Shown: piece after piece, positions 9,211 to 18,719 of the stretch | How the letters are laid out: each line of letters opens with the position of its first letter | How positions within the stretch are numbered: position 1 is the stretch's first letter | Source: Rhizobium sp. Q54 | Lineage (GTDB): Bacteria; Pseudomonadota; Alphaproteobacteria; Rhizobiales; Rhizobiaceae | Direction: 5' to 3' | DNA: 64,000 nt | Assembly (NCBI GenBank): GCA_943370615.1 | Contig: CALRRQ020000010.1 | Coordinates: 30,553 to 94,552, forward strand | Notes under the pieces: generated by a model | The model's input: only the letters and a program-made list of their open reading frames with translations | Databases searched by the model: none | What the model was told of the DNA's origin: nothing | Translations under genes and position numbers: made by a program

Positions 9211-11127
9211 ATGTCCGCTGCAGGCGCAAACGTCGCCCTTCAAGGCGAGAATGCAGTCCCTTCTGAGCGCACCGGGGCGGTCCGCGCGGCCGTCAGGCTG
9301 GTCAATTCGTTCCTCCTGGCTCTGCTGACGATCATCGTCACCGAATGGCTGGCGCGCGGTACGCTGATCGACGTCTCCGACTATCTGCTCTCCCCGGCCC
9401 GCCCCGGCATGGTCGCCGTGCTGGCGCTCTTCCTGCTGTTCATCGCCGCCGACGCCCTGGTCGGCCGGGCCTACCAGTCGGCGCTGATCCTCGTGCCGCT
9501 GGCCATCCTGCCCGCCTTCCTGTCGATGCAGAAGCAGCAGTATCTCTCCGACCCGCTCTATCCGAGCGACATGCTGTTCGGCCGCCAGATCGGCGAGCTC
9601 GTGCCGGTGATGTTCGCCGCGCGCCCCTTCGCCTCGATCGGTCTTGTTCTCGGAACGCTCGCCGCCCTTGGGCTGCTCGGCTATCTGCTCGTGCTCGGAC
9701 GCCGCCACTTTCCGCAGCTCTCGGCCTCGTCGAAGCTTCTCCGCCTCGTCGTTTCCCTGCCCCTGATCGGCGGCTTCCTGTCGCTGATGGACCCCAACTC
9801 CTTCTCCTATATCCGCGATCGGCTGAACATCGTGCCGATGATGTGGGACCAGCAGGAAAACTATCGCCACAACGGCTTCCTGCTCGCCTTTGCTTTCAAC
9901 GTACCGATGGCCAATGTCCAGGCGCCGGGCGGCTACGGCCCCGACGTGATCGCCGACATCGCGCCGGAGCGGCTGCCGGCCACCTTCTTCGGCGGTCGCA
10001 ACGCGGACGTGATCATGGTGATGAGCGAGTCGCTCTGGGATCCGACACGCCTCAACAATGCCGCGCTGTCGCCCGATCCGATGCCGACCATCCGCGCCAA
10101 TTCCTCCGGCAATCTGTTCTCGCCGGAATTCGGCGGCATGACGGCCAATGTCGAATTCGAGGCGCTGACCGGCTTCTCCAACGCCTTCCTGCCCTATGGC
10201 AGCATTCCCTATCAGCAATATGTGCGCCGGCCCCTGCCCTCGCTCGCCACCTTCTTCGCCTCGAAGGGCTACACGACGCGCGCCTTCCATCCGTTCCAGA
10301 GTTGGTTCTGGAACCGCGCCAACGTCTACCAGTCGCTCGGCTTCCAGTCCTTCATGTCGGAGGAGAACATGCCGGTCATGGACAAGCGCGGCCTGTTCGC
10401 CTCGGACGACGCGCTGACGAAGGAGATCATCCGTTCGGCCGACCAGACCAAGGAACCCTTCTTCTTCTTCGCCGTCACGCTGCAGGGCCATGGGCCCTAT
10501 GAGAAGAACCGCTATGCGAAGAACACGATCGACGTGCAGTCCGCTTCGCTCGCTCCGGAGAATCGCGACAGCCTGGCGACCTATGCCCAGGGCGTGCGCG
10601 AGGCCGACAGCAGCTTGAAGGCGCTGATGGACTGGGCCAAGAAGCGCCGCCGCGAGACGATCATCGTGCTGTTCGGCGACCACCTGCCGCCGCTCGGTAA
10701 TGTGTATACCGACACCGGCTACATGCCGGACGTGGTTGCCACCCGCAAGGCTTCGGTCGGCGTGATGAAGCGCGAACACGAAACGCCGCTGGTGGTCTGG
10801 TCGTCGAAGCGTGGCGTGCAGAAGGACCTGGGCTCGGTCAGCCCCTCGCAGCTGCCCTATTACGTGGTGCGTCTGGCCGGCTACCGTCACGCCTTCTACA
10901 CCGGTGTGCTCGGTCGCCTTCACGAACGCTATGCCGTCGTCGACCGCCACCAGCTGATCGAGCGCAACGACCGGCCGCATCCCGACTGGGCAACCTCGGG
11001 CGCGCCGATCGACCCGCTGATCCGCGACTACCGCTTCCTGCAGCACGACCAGATGTTCGGCGAGGGTTTCGGCACCGAGCGCTTCTTCCCCGAGCAGGCG
11101 GAACGCGTCGACGCGCCGGCGAGCTGA
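9211..11127 (+). CDS. LTA synthase / phosphoglycerol transferase family (sulfatase-like) membrane protein
   Basis: About five N-terminal TM helices, followed by the motifs MSESLWDP, FGGMTANVEFE, TLQGHGPY and LFGDHLP. The start is uncertain. Confidence 0.85.
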   Translation: MSAAGANVALQGENAVPSERTGAVRAAVRLVNSFLLALLTIIVTEWLARGTLIDVSDYLLSPARPGMVAVLALFLLFIAADALVGRAYQSALILVPLAILPAFLSMQKQQYLSDPLYPSDMLFGRQIGELVPVMFAARPFASIGLVLGTLAALGLLGYLLVLGRRHFPQLSASSKLLRLVVSLPLIGGFLSLMDPNSFSYIRDRLNIVPMMWDQQENYRHNGFLLAFAFNVPMANVQAPGGYGPDVIADIAPERLPATFFGGRNADVIMVMSESLWDPTRLNNAALSPDPMPTIRANSSGNLFSPEFGGMTANVEFEALTGFSNAFLPYGSIPYQQYVRRPLPSLATFFASKGYTTRAFHPFQSWFWNRANVYQSLGFQSFMSEENMPVMDKRGLFASDDALTKEIIRSADQTKEPFFFFAVTLQGHGPYEKNRYAKNTIDVQSASLAPENRDSLATYAQGVREADSSLKALMDWAKKRRRETIIVLFGDHLPPLGNVYTDTGYMPDVVATRKASVGVMKREHETPLVVWSSKRGVQKDLGSVSPSQLPYYVVRLAGYRHAFYTGVLGRLHERYAVVDRHQLIERNDRPHPDWATSGAPIDPLIRDYRFLQHDQMFGEGFGTERFFPEQAERVDAPAS

Positions 11128-11341
11128 TACCCCTCGCCAGCGCCCGCCCCGAACTCGGTCGGCGTAGAGCGGCATTGCCGTCTTGCGTCGACGATGTAAA
11201 CGAGCCATTGACACAAAACGGATATGAAAACTGTCTAGCCAGCAGCTAGGCCTCGCCGCGCCGTCATCCCGCTCGCCGGAATGCCGACCTACCGCAGGCC
11301 GAGCAAGATGTTGAAGACCTTTAGCAAAGCGTAGACCAGCC

Positions 11342-12265
11342 ATGCGGCCACTGACCCGCACCGAGATCGCCGCCCACCCCCTGTTCCCGACGATCGAGAA
11401 GCAGATCGCCGAACATCTGATCGGCATTCACCAGCGCACGCCGCGCCTGTCGCGGCTGAAGGCGTCGCATCGCAAGTGGCTGATGACCCATTCGCTGTTC
11501 GCCCTGTCCCTGCAGCGCCGCGACGACGATCCCCTGTCGGGGCTCACGGCGACCCGCTTCGTCGAGATCGTCATGAAGCTCGGTGCGGCGAGCCGCAACA
11601 CGGCGACCGCCTTCCTCGCCGAACTGGTCGCCTACAAGTTCCTGCGCGACGTTCCCGACGTGCCCGACCGCCGCGTGCGCGTGCTGGAGACGACCGAAAC
11701 CGCCTATGAGGCGATGGCCGCCTGGTTCATGGGCCACATGGCCTGCCTCGACCGGCTGGACGGCGGCACGCGCGAGCAGACGGCTGCCGCCGAGCCGCGC
11801 ATCTTCCGCATCGCCCAGCCCTTTGCCGCCGCGCATCTGGTCGAGGATCCGACCTGGCGCGATCCGCCGGACAGCATCGGCCATTTCCTCTGGTCGGATC
11901 TCGGCGGCATGGTCCTGCACGACCTGATCGCCCGCATTCCGGGCAGCCTGGCCGACCAGGACCGCATCGATGTCGGTCCGCTGTCGCTGCCGGAACTGAG
12001 CGAGGTCTACATGATCTCCGCCACCAACCTGAAGCGCATGTTCAAGAAGGCAGAGGTCGAGGGGCTTCTCGGCTGGCAATTGCCGCGCCGCCGCGGCTCG
12101 CTGTGGCTGTCGCGCCCCTTCGTCGACGACTATTTCCGCTGGCAGTCGGCCAAGTTCGCGGCGCTGGACCAGGCCTACCACCATGCGGCCGGCGAACTCG
12201 GCATCGCTCTGCCGGCACAACTGGCGCCGGCCCGGCCGGCGCTTCAGGCGGGCTTGCCGGCCTGA
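11342..12265 (+). CDS. Hypothetical protein with two predicted winged-helix segments
   Basis: 307 aa with host-like codon usage. HTH-like segments LTATRFVEIV..ASRNTATAFLAELVAYKFL..DRRVRVL and LSLPELSEVYMISATNLKRMFKKAEVEGLL. Confidence 0.7.
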   Translation: MRPLTRTEIAAHPLFPTIEKQIAEHLIGIHQRTPRLSRLKASHRKWLMTHSLFALSLQRRDDDPLSGLTATRFVEIVMKLGAASRNTATAFLAELVAYKFLRDVPDVPDRRVRVLETTETAYEAMAAWFMGHMACLDRLDGGTREQTAAAEPRIFRIAQPFAAAHLVEDPTWRDPPDSIGHFLWSDLGGMVLHDLIARIPGSLADQDRIDVGPLSLPELSEVYMISATNLKRMFKKAEVEGLLGWQLPRRRGSLWLSRPFVDDYFRWQSAKFAALDQAYHHAAGELGIALPAQLAPARPALQAGLPA

Positions 12266-12645
12266 TAGGCGGGCAGACCGTCGTCGATCTCGTAGAACGC
12301 GGCCTTGTCGGCACAGAAGATGTGATGGCCGCTGACCAGCCCGCTCGGCTCGTCGAACGCCCCGGCCATGACCGAGATCTTCTCGCTGCCGTCGCTCAGC
12401 CAGAAAAGCGCCGAGCCGCAGGTGCCGCAGAAACCCCTCTGCGCCCCGTCGCTTGCCCGATACCAGCGGACCATGTCCTCGCCGGTGATCTCCAGGCGGT
12501 CACGCGCCACGTCGGTCGCCGCGTAGTGGAGCCCGGTCTGCCGGCGGCACTGCGAGCAATGGCAGTACACCACCTCGCGAACCGGCCCATGCGTGCGGAA
12601 GCGGACGGTGCCGCACAGGCAGGCCCCGGTTCTCAGCTCGTCCAT
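12244..12645 (-). CDS. GFA family (glutathione-dependent formaldehyde-activating-like) Zn protein
   Basis: Motifs GACLCG, YCHCSQCRR and RGFCGTCGSALF. Its 3' end overlaps the convergent gene by 22 bp. Confidence 0.88.
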   Translation of the reverse strand: MDELRTGACLCGTVRFRTHGPVREVVYCHCSQCRRQTGLHYAATDVARDRLEITGEDMVRWYRASDGAQRGFCGTCGSALFWLSDGSEKISVMAGAFDEPSGLVSGHHIFCADKAAFYEIDDGLPAYQAGKPA

Positions 12646-12732
12646 CCGATATCCCCATTCTGACAAAACGAAACCGGGCCAGCTTGGGGAAGCCGGCCCG
12701 GTCGGTCAAATGCGCTTATCTGAAGCTTAGCT

Positions 12733-14109
12733 TCAGCCGTTCGCGACCATCATCCGCTTTTCGTCGCGGCCACCCTTCATCCGCTCGGCGAGCAGGAAGG
12801 CCAGTTCGAGCGCCTGGTCGGCATTGAGACGCGGGTCGCAATGCGTGTGGTAACGGTCCTGCAGGGCTTCCGCCGTCACGGCGCGTGCACCGCCGGTGCA
12901 TTCCGTAACGTCATTGCCGGTCATCTCGATGTGGATGCCGCCCGGATGGGTTCCTTCCGCCCGATGGATCTGGAAGAAGCTTTCGACTTCCGACAGGACC
13001 CGCTCGAACGGACGGGTCTTGTAGTTGTTGAGCGTGATCGTGTTGCCGTGCATCGGATCGCAGGACCAGACGACCTTGCGGCCCTCGCGCTCGACCGCGC
13101 GGATGAGGCGCGGCAGATGGTCGGCGACCTTGTCGTGACCGAAACGGCAGATCAGCGTCAGACGGCCGGCTTCGTTGTTCGGGTTCAGGATGTCGATCAG
13201 GTTGATCAGGTCGTCGGCCTGCAGCGACGGGCCGCATTTCAGGCCGAGCGGGTTCTTGATGCCGCGGCAGTATTCCAGATGTGCATGATCCGCCTGGCGG
13301 GTGCGGTCGCCGATCCAGATCATGTGGCCCGACGTGGCATACCAGTCGCCGGAGGTGGAATCGACGCGCGTCAGCGCTTCTTCATAGCCGAGAAGCAGCG
13401 CCTCGTGGCTGGTGAAGAAATCCGTCTCGCGCAGGCTCGGATTGGTCTCCGAGCTGATGCCGATCGCCTTCATGAAATCCATGGTCTCGGAAATCCGGTC
13501 GGCGAGCTTGCGGTAGCGCTCGGCCTGGGGACTATCCTTGACGAAGCCGAGCATCCACTGGTGCACGTTGTCGAGATTGGCATAGCCGCCCATGGCGAAA
13601 GCGCGCAGCAGGTTGAGCGTCGCCGCCGACTGGCGGTACGCCATGATCTGCCGATCCGGATTGGGAATGCGCGATTCCGGCGTGAACTCGATGCCGTTGA
13701 TGATGTCGCCGCGGTAGCTCGGCAGCTCGACGTCGCCCTGCTTCTCGAAGTCGGAGGAGCGCGGCTTGGCGAACTGGCCGGCGATGCGGCCGACCTTGAC
13801 CACCGGCAGCTGGGCGCCGAAAGTCAGCACCACGGCCATCTGAAGGAAGGCGCGGAAGAAGTCGCGGATCGTGTCCGCGCCATGTTCGGCGAAGCTTTCG
13901 GCGCAGTCGCCGCCCTGCAGCAGGAAACCATTGCCTTCGGCGACGTTGCCGAGCGCCTTGGTCAGGCGACGGGCTTCACCGGCAAAGACGAGCGGCGGAA
14001 ACTTGGCGAGACGCGCTTCGGCATCGGCAAGGGCGCCCATGTCCGGATAGGCCGGAACCTGCTTGATCGGCTTGCTGCGCCAGCTGCTCGGGGTCCAATT
14101 CTGTGCCAT
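12733..14109 (-). CDS. aroF: Class II 3-deoxy-D-arabino-heptulosonate 7-phosphate synthase
   Basis: Motifs [40 protein letters not shown] and CDPRLNADQ. Confidence 0.95.
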   Translation of the reverse strand: MAQNWTPSSWRSKPIKQVPAYPDMGALADAEARLAKFPPLVFAGEARRLTKALGNVAEGNGFLLQGGDCAESFAEHGADTIRDFFRAFLQMAVVLTFGAQLPVVKVGRIAGQFAKPRSSDFEKQGDVELPSYRGDIINGIEFTPESRIPNPDRQIMAYRQSAATLNLLRAFAMGGYANLDNVHQWMLGFVKDSPQAERYRKLADRISETMDFMKAIGISSETNPSLRETDFFTSHEALLLGYEEALTRVDSTSGDWYATSGHMIWIGDRTRQADHAHLEYCRGIKNPLGLKCGPSLQADDLINLIDILNPNNEAGRLTLICRFGHDKVADHLPRLIRAVEREGRKVVWSCDPMHGNTITLNNYKTRPFERVLSEVESFFQIHRAEGTHPGGIHIEMTGNDVTECTGGARAVTAEALQDRYHTHCDPRLNADQALELAFLLAERMKGGRDEKRMMVANG

Positions 14110-14313
14110 GATCGTCACCTGCTGTTCGAAATAGGACGGCCTCCTCCCGGCCGCTTTGGATCGGGGGCTTATAGACCCTAATATTTGCCTTGCAAAGCCG
14201 AACTTGAAGGGCCACCGGCAACGATTCTGTTGGGGCGGCGAAAAAAGACACCCTGCCCTCTGCCATCAGGCGAGACCGGCCGCCCCCTGCCGGCCCAAAT
14301 CCGCGCACTTGCA

Positions 14314-14329
14314 TTTACATGGACGTAAA
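14314..14329. promoter_or_regulatory. LiuR-like (MerR-family) palindromic operator
   Basis: TTTACATGGACGTAAA compared with the LiuR-type consensus TTTACGTwwACGTAAA. It overlaps a candidate TTGCAT -35 element upstream of the hydrolase gene. Confidence 0.5.
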
Positions 14330-14375
14330 CGTAAGTATTTTCGTCGTTGAGCGTGGGAGATGGAGGAGATCAGCC

Positions 14376-15266
14376 ATGCAGGACCGGACCGCCGTCGCGC
14401 GCGAAGAGATCACATTTGCCGCGAAGGACAGCTTTCCTCTCGCCGGCACGCTGTTCCGCGGACATGGCGACGGCCCCCTCGCCCTGATTTCGTCCGCCGC
14501 CGCCGTACCGCGAGGCATCTATGCGCGCTTTGCCGAACACCTGGTGGCCGAACGCGGCTTTCGCGCCGCAATGACCTATGACTATCGCGGCGTCGCCGGC
14601 TCCCGCATCCCGCGCGGCTGGAAGGCCCGGCCGAGCATGGCGGACTGGGCGGAGAAGGACATGGCCGCGGCAGTCGATCGCCTGGAGAGCGTCGCCCCGG
14701 GGCACACCATGGTCGGCGTCGGCCAGTCCTTCGGCGGCCAGGGCCTCGGTCTCTGCGGCCGCGCCAACCGCTTCGACCGCTATCTGATGGTCGCGGTCAT
14801 GTCCGGGCACTGGGCCTATACCGCCGAGCCCTACAAGGTCTTCGCCTCGATGAACCTCGTCGGCGTCCCCCTCGCCCTCCTGACCGGCAGCGTACCGGGC
14901 TGGATCGGGCTCGGGCAAACGCTGCCGGGCACGGTCTTCCGCCAATGGGCGCGCTGGGGCCGCTCGCCGGACTATTTCTTCGCCGACCAAAAGATGGATG
15001 CCGCCCGGCGTTTTGCCGAAGTGCGCACGCCCATCCTCTCGATCGGCGTCGAAGACGACGTGTGGGGCACGCCGAAGGCCCAGGAGGCCATCCTCAAGGC
15101 CTATGTGAATGCGCCGGTCGAGCGGATGCGCGTTTCACCGGCAGTGGCCGGACAGCCCATCGGCCATCTCGGATTCTTTCGTCCGGCCTTCCGCGACAGC
15201 CTGTGGAAACCGGCCGTCGACTGGTTGAGCGACGGTCCTCCATCCTCCACGGCGATCGCCTCCTGA
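14376..15266 (+). CDS. Alpha/beta hydrolase (COG4757-like)
   Basis: Nucleophile elbow GQSFGG, TYDYRG, an Asp (EDDVW) and a His (GHLGFF). GGAGG RBS. Confidence 0.85.
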   Translation: MQDRTAVAREEITFAAKDSFPLAGTLFRGHGDGPLALISSAAAVPRGIYARFAEHLVAERGFRAAMTYDYRGVAGSRIPRGWKARPSMADWAEKDMAAAVDRLESVAPGHTMVGVGQSFGGQGLGLCGRANRFDRYLMVAVMSGHWAYTAEPYKVFASMNLVGVPLALLTGSVPGWIGLGQTLPGTVFRQWARWGRSPDYFFADQKMDAARRFAEVRTPILSIGVEDDVWGTPKAQEAILKAYVNAPVERMRVSPAVAGQPIGHLGFFRPAFRDSLWKPAVDWLSDGPPSSTAIAS

Positions 15267-15524
15267 CGTCCACAGCGCGGATTTCAATCGATTAATGCGA
15301 CAGATTTTCCACTTTCGTCCACACGGCGAAGCAGGCTGGCGTTCATCGAAAAATTGTCATACTCTAATCTTTGGAGGCGAGCGGAGGGCTCGTATCCGGA
15401 GGGTTTACAACAAGCTTCGCGCCAGCCTCGACCGCTATAGCGGATGGGGCATGGGTTTATCCGTGCCGATCGGGACGGCGTGAGTTGCTCCCGCGTATGA
15501 GTAACGATCATGAGGATCAGTGCT

Positions 15525-15638
15525 ATGTCGTATGATTGGAGTGGAGTTCGTACCAGGCGTATTCGGCGGTTGAAGTTCGCGATCGCGTCCTGTCTCGGGC
15601 TGATGGTGCTGGCGGCACCGGTTCTGGCCTTCACCTGA
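15525..15638 (+). CDS. Small 37-aa membrane-anchored peptide (absent from the ORF track)
   Basis: MSYDWSGVRTRRIRRLKFAIASCLGLMVLAAPVLAFT*. A GAGGA RBS precedes the ATG. A basic patch is followed by one hydrophobic helix. Confidence 0.6.
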   Translation: MSYDWSGVRTRRIRRLKFAIASCLGLMVLAAPVLAFT

Positions 15639-15658
15639 AAATAATTCTCGCTCACGAC

Positions 15659-15683
15659 GGAACCCGCGCAGCGTTCCGGCGTT
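15659..15683 (+). promoter_or_regulatory. EcfG/RpoE2 (general stress sigma) promoter
   Basis: GGAAC-N16-CGTT, in the context GGAACccgcgcagcgttccgGCGTTT. Confidence 0.6.
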
Positions 15684-15689
15684 TGAGCA

Positions 15690-15765
15690 TGGTCGGACCG
15701 GCGCCGTGGCGCATGTCCGAGGTTCCTTCCGCACAAATTGCCCCGTCATCGACGGGGCATTTTTC
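15690..15765 (+). ncRNA. Candidate ~75-nt trans-acting sRNA
   Basis: It follows the EcfG motif. It consists of a 5' hairpin TCGGAC..GCGC-CGTG-GCGC..GTCCGA, an unpaired GGTTCCTTCCGCAC linker and an intrinsic terminator. There is no ORF before the convergent gor stop. Confidence 0.45.
15739..15764 (+). terminator. Intrinsic terminator
   Basis: TGCCCCGTC-ATC-GACGGGGCA followed by TTTTT. It may also act on the convergent gor transcript. Confidence 0.8.
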
Positions 15766-15806
15766 GTTCTGGGCAGGCGTTCTGCCGGCAGAGCCGGCTC
15801 GCCCGA

Positions 15807-17195
15807 CTAGACCCGCTCGCCATTGCGGATCCGGTAGCTCGGGCTGTACATCGTCACCAGTTCCTCCGCCGCGGTCGGATGCACGGCCATGGTCCGGTCG
15901 AAATCGTCCTTGGTGCAGCCCGCCTTCAGCGTGATGCCAAGGATCTGCGCCATCTCGCCGGCATCGTGGCCGAGGATGTGCGCGCCGACAACCTTGCGGT
16001 CGGCGGCGTTGACGATCAGCTTCATGATGGTCTTCTCGGCACGACCCGAAAGCGTCGCCTTCATCGGCCGGAACTGGGCGCGATAGACTTCGAGCTCAGG
16101 GAAACGCTTGGCCGCGTCGTCTTCCGACAGGCCGACCGTGCCGATTTCCGGCTGCGAGAACACCGCCGTGGCGATCGTCTCGTGGTCCGGAGAGGTCGGA
16201 TTGTTCTTGTATTCGGTCTCGATGAAGCACATCGCCTCGTGGATCGCTACCGGCGTCAGCTGGACGCGGTCGGTGACATCGCCAAGCGCGAATATGCTCG
16301 GCACATTGGTCCGCGAGTACTTGTCGACGACGATCGCGCCGCGCTCGTTGATTTCGACGCCGGCCGCCTCGAGGCCGAGGCCCTGCGTATAGGGATCGCG
16401 GCCGAGCGCCAGCATGACCTGGTCGGCGACCAGCTCGCCGCTGTTCTTCGTCTCCGCCACCAGCCGGCCGTCGGCGGTCTTGCTCACCCGCTCGATGATG
16501 TCATGGCACAGGATGCGGATGCCCTTGGCTTCCATCGCCTCGTGCAGGCCGCGCCGCATGTCCTGGTCGAAACGGCTGAGGATTTCGGCCCCGCGATAGA
16601 TCAGCGTCGTCTCCACGCCGAGTCCGTGGAAAATGTTGGCGAACTCGACAGCGATATAGCCGCCGCCGGCGATCACGATCGCGCGCGGCAGTTCCTTCAG
16701 GTCGAAGGCTTCGTTGGACGAGATGCACAGCTCGTGGCCCGGCAGCGCCGCATGCGGATTGGGCGCGCCGCCGACGGCGATGATGATCTTCTCCGCGGTG
16801 ACGATCTTTCCCGACTTGAGCAGGCGCACGCTGTTCGGCCCGGCCAGCTCGGCGCGCGTTTCGAGGATCTCGGCGCCGGCATTGTCCAGACCCTTGCGGT
16901 AGAGGCCTTCCAGCCGGGAGATTTCCCGATCCTTCGCCGCAACCAGCGTCGGCCAGTCGAAACGGGTCTCGCCGACGGTCCAGCCATAGCCGGCCGCATC
17001 CTCGAAATGCTCGTGGAACTGCGAGGCATAGACGAACAGCTTCTTCGGCACGCAACCGCGGATGACGCAGGTGCCGCCGAAACGGTATTCCTCGGCGATC
17101 GCCACCTTCTTGCCGAGCGATGCGGCCATGCGGGCACTGCGCACGCCGCCGGAGCCGCCACCGATCACGAACAGATCATAGTCAAAACCGGACAT
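15807..17195 (-). CDS. gor: Glutathione-disulfide reductase
   Basis: Motifs DLFVIGGGSGG, GGTCVIRGCVPKK, GGGYIAVEFA and VHPTAAEE. Confidence 0.96.
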   Translation of the reverse strand: MSGFDYDLFVIGGGSGGVRSARMAASLGKKVAIAEEYRFGGTCVIRGCVPKKLFVYASQFHEHFEDAAGYGWTVGETRFDWPTLVAAKDREISRLEGLYRKGLDNAGAEILETRAELAGPNSVRLLKSGKIVTAEKIIIAVGGAPNPHAALPGHELCISSNEAFDLKELPRAIVIAGGGYIAVEFANIFHGLGVETTLIYRGAEILSRFDQDMRRGLHEAMEAKGIRILCHDIIERVSKTADGRLVAETKNSGELVADQVMLALGRDPYTQGLGLEAAGVEINERGAIVVDKYSRTNVPSIFALGDVTDRVQLTPVAIHEAMCFIETEYKNNPTSPDHETIATAVFSQPEIGTVGLSEDDAAKRFPELEVYRAQFRPMKATLSGRAEKTIMKLIVNAADRKVVGAHILGHDAGEMAQILGITLKAGCTKDDFDRTMAVHPTAAEELVTMYSPSYRIRNGERV

Positions 17196-17263
17196 GGCGA
17201 ATCTCCTTGCAAATCGGCGGTACGGACGTGGCCCTGATATAGGATGCGGGGTCCCCAAAAGAA

Positions 17264-17286
17264 AAGCCCGGAACGGGTCCGGGCTT
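17264..17286 (-). terminator. Intrinsic terminator after the DUF2059 gene
   Basis: AAGCCCGGA-ACGGG-TCCGGGCTT, followed by a T-rich tract on the minus strand. Confidence 0.6.
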
Positions 17287-17311
17287 GGCATTTTTCAAGA
17301 AGCGGAGGGGC

Positions 17312-17839
17312 TCAGGGCTTGGGGGCCGGTGGCGTGCCGCCGACTTCCTTGAGCATTACTTCGTTGGCCTGCTTCTCCAGGTCGCGCGCGACGCCGGCGG
17401 TCCAGATGTCGGCGGCCTTCATCAGCTCGCGCATGGCGATCGGGCCGTCCTTGAGCAGCTTCTTGCCGGCTTCGCTCGAGTAGAAGGCCGTCATGGCGTT
17501 GAGTTCTTCGACGGTGAAGGCCTTGGCATAGACCAGGGCTGCCTCGCGCTCGAGATCGCCGCGGCGCGCCGCAAGCTTCAGGGCCTCGGCATCGACGGTC
17601 TCCGAGATCTTGTCCTCGAGGTTCGGATAGGCCTGAATGAGCTGGGCCTTCAGACGATCCGAAATGTTCGGCAGGATGTTGTCGAGGCGATCGGTCGCAC
17701 CGAGCGCCGTGATGGCGGCGCGCGCCGCCTGAACGTGCTCAGCCGGGATTTCCTGTGCCTGGGCGGAAAGCCCGGTAAAGAGGGTGCCGGCAATGACGGT
17801 GACAGAAGCGAAACGCCCCAAACCCGAAAATTTGACCAT
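17312..17839 (-). CDS. DUF2059-family periplasmic protein
   Basis: Signal peptide and the motif YAKAFTVEELNAMTAFYSSEAGKK. An alternative start is at 17848. Confidence 0.82.
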   Translation of the reverse strand: MVKFSGLGRFASVTVIAGTLFTGLSAQAQEIPAEHVQAARAAITALGATDRLDNILPNISDRLKAQLIQAYPNLEDKISETVDAEALKLAARRGDLEREAALVYAKAFTVEELNAMTAFYSSEAGKKLLKDGPIAMRELMKAADIWTAGVARDLEKQANEVMLKEVGGTPPAPKP

Positions 17840-17857
17840 GAAATCCATTGCTCCTGT

Positions 17858-18556
17858 TTAGTTCTTTGCGTCCATGACCCGCGCACCCGCCGGTCCGGCG
17901 ATGATGGCAAGCGAGGCCAGATTGATGAATAGCCCGTGCTCGACCACACCGGGGATCGCGTTGAGCGCCATGGCCAAGGCCTCTGCATCAGGAATGCGGC
18001 CAAATGATGCGTCGAGAATGAGGTGGCCGCCGTCGGTGGTGAACAGCCCGCCGCCGGAGGCGCGCAGCTTGAGTTCGCCGGTGAGCCCGAAGCGCTCGGC
18101 CGTCTTTTCCACTGCAATCCGCGTGGACGCCTGGCCGAAGGGATTGATTTCGATCGGCAGCGGAAAGCGGCCCAGCACGTCGACGACCTTGCTTTCGTCG
18201 GCGATGACGATCATGCGCTCGGAGGCCGCCGCGACGATCTTCTCCCGCAGCAGTGCGCCGCCGCCGCCCTTGATCAGGCGAAGCTGCGCGTCGACTTCGT
18301 CGGCGCCGTCGATGGTGAGATCCAGCTGCGGCAGTTCGTCGAGCGACTTCAGCGGCACACCGAGTTCAAGGCAGAGACGCGCGGTGCGTTCCGAAGTCGG
18401 CACGCCCTCGACCTTCAGGCCGCCGGCCACCTTTTCGGCCAGAAGCCGGACGAACTCCTCCGCGGTAGAACCGGTGCCGATGCCGAGACGCATTCCGTCC
18501 TCGACATGCTCCAAAGCTGCAGCCGCAGCCTTAATCTTCATCTCGCGGGCGTCCAT
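17858..18556 (-). CDS. rpiA: Ribose-5-phosphate isomerase A
   Basis: Motifs [19 protein letters not shown] and [11 protein letters not shown]. Confidence 0.96.
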   Translation of the reverse strand: MDAREMKIKAAAAALEHVEDGMRLGIGTGSTAEEFVRLLAEKVAGGLKVEGVPTSERTARLCLELGVPLKSLDELPQLDLTIDGADEVDAQLRLIKGGGGALLREKIVAAASERMIVIADESKVVDVLGRFPLPIEINPFGQASTRIAVEKTAERFGLTGELKLRASGGGLFTTDGGHLILDASFGRIPDAEALAMALNAIPGVVEHGLFINLASLAIIAGPAGARVMDAKN

Positions 18557-18719
18557 GCGCCAAAAGCTCCTGTCCGTTTCGTCGACAGCTGTTTACACGC
18601 CTCGCCCGGCAAACGAAAGCCCCTTTCCGATACCGGTGTATCGGTTGCCTTTTGTCAGTATTTCGCCTACCCGGCTTGTGTAATGCCGCCTTCCCCAGAG
18701 CCAGCGACGGAGCCCGCCC

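Noticed and set aside
15326-15428. Alternative helices (15326-15332 with 15414-15420, and 15333-15341 with 15420-15428) as a riboswitch
   Set aside because: Matches of 7-9 bp are expected by chance in GC-rich DNA of this length, and I recognise no aptamer motifs.
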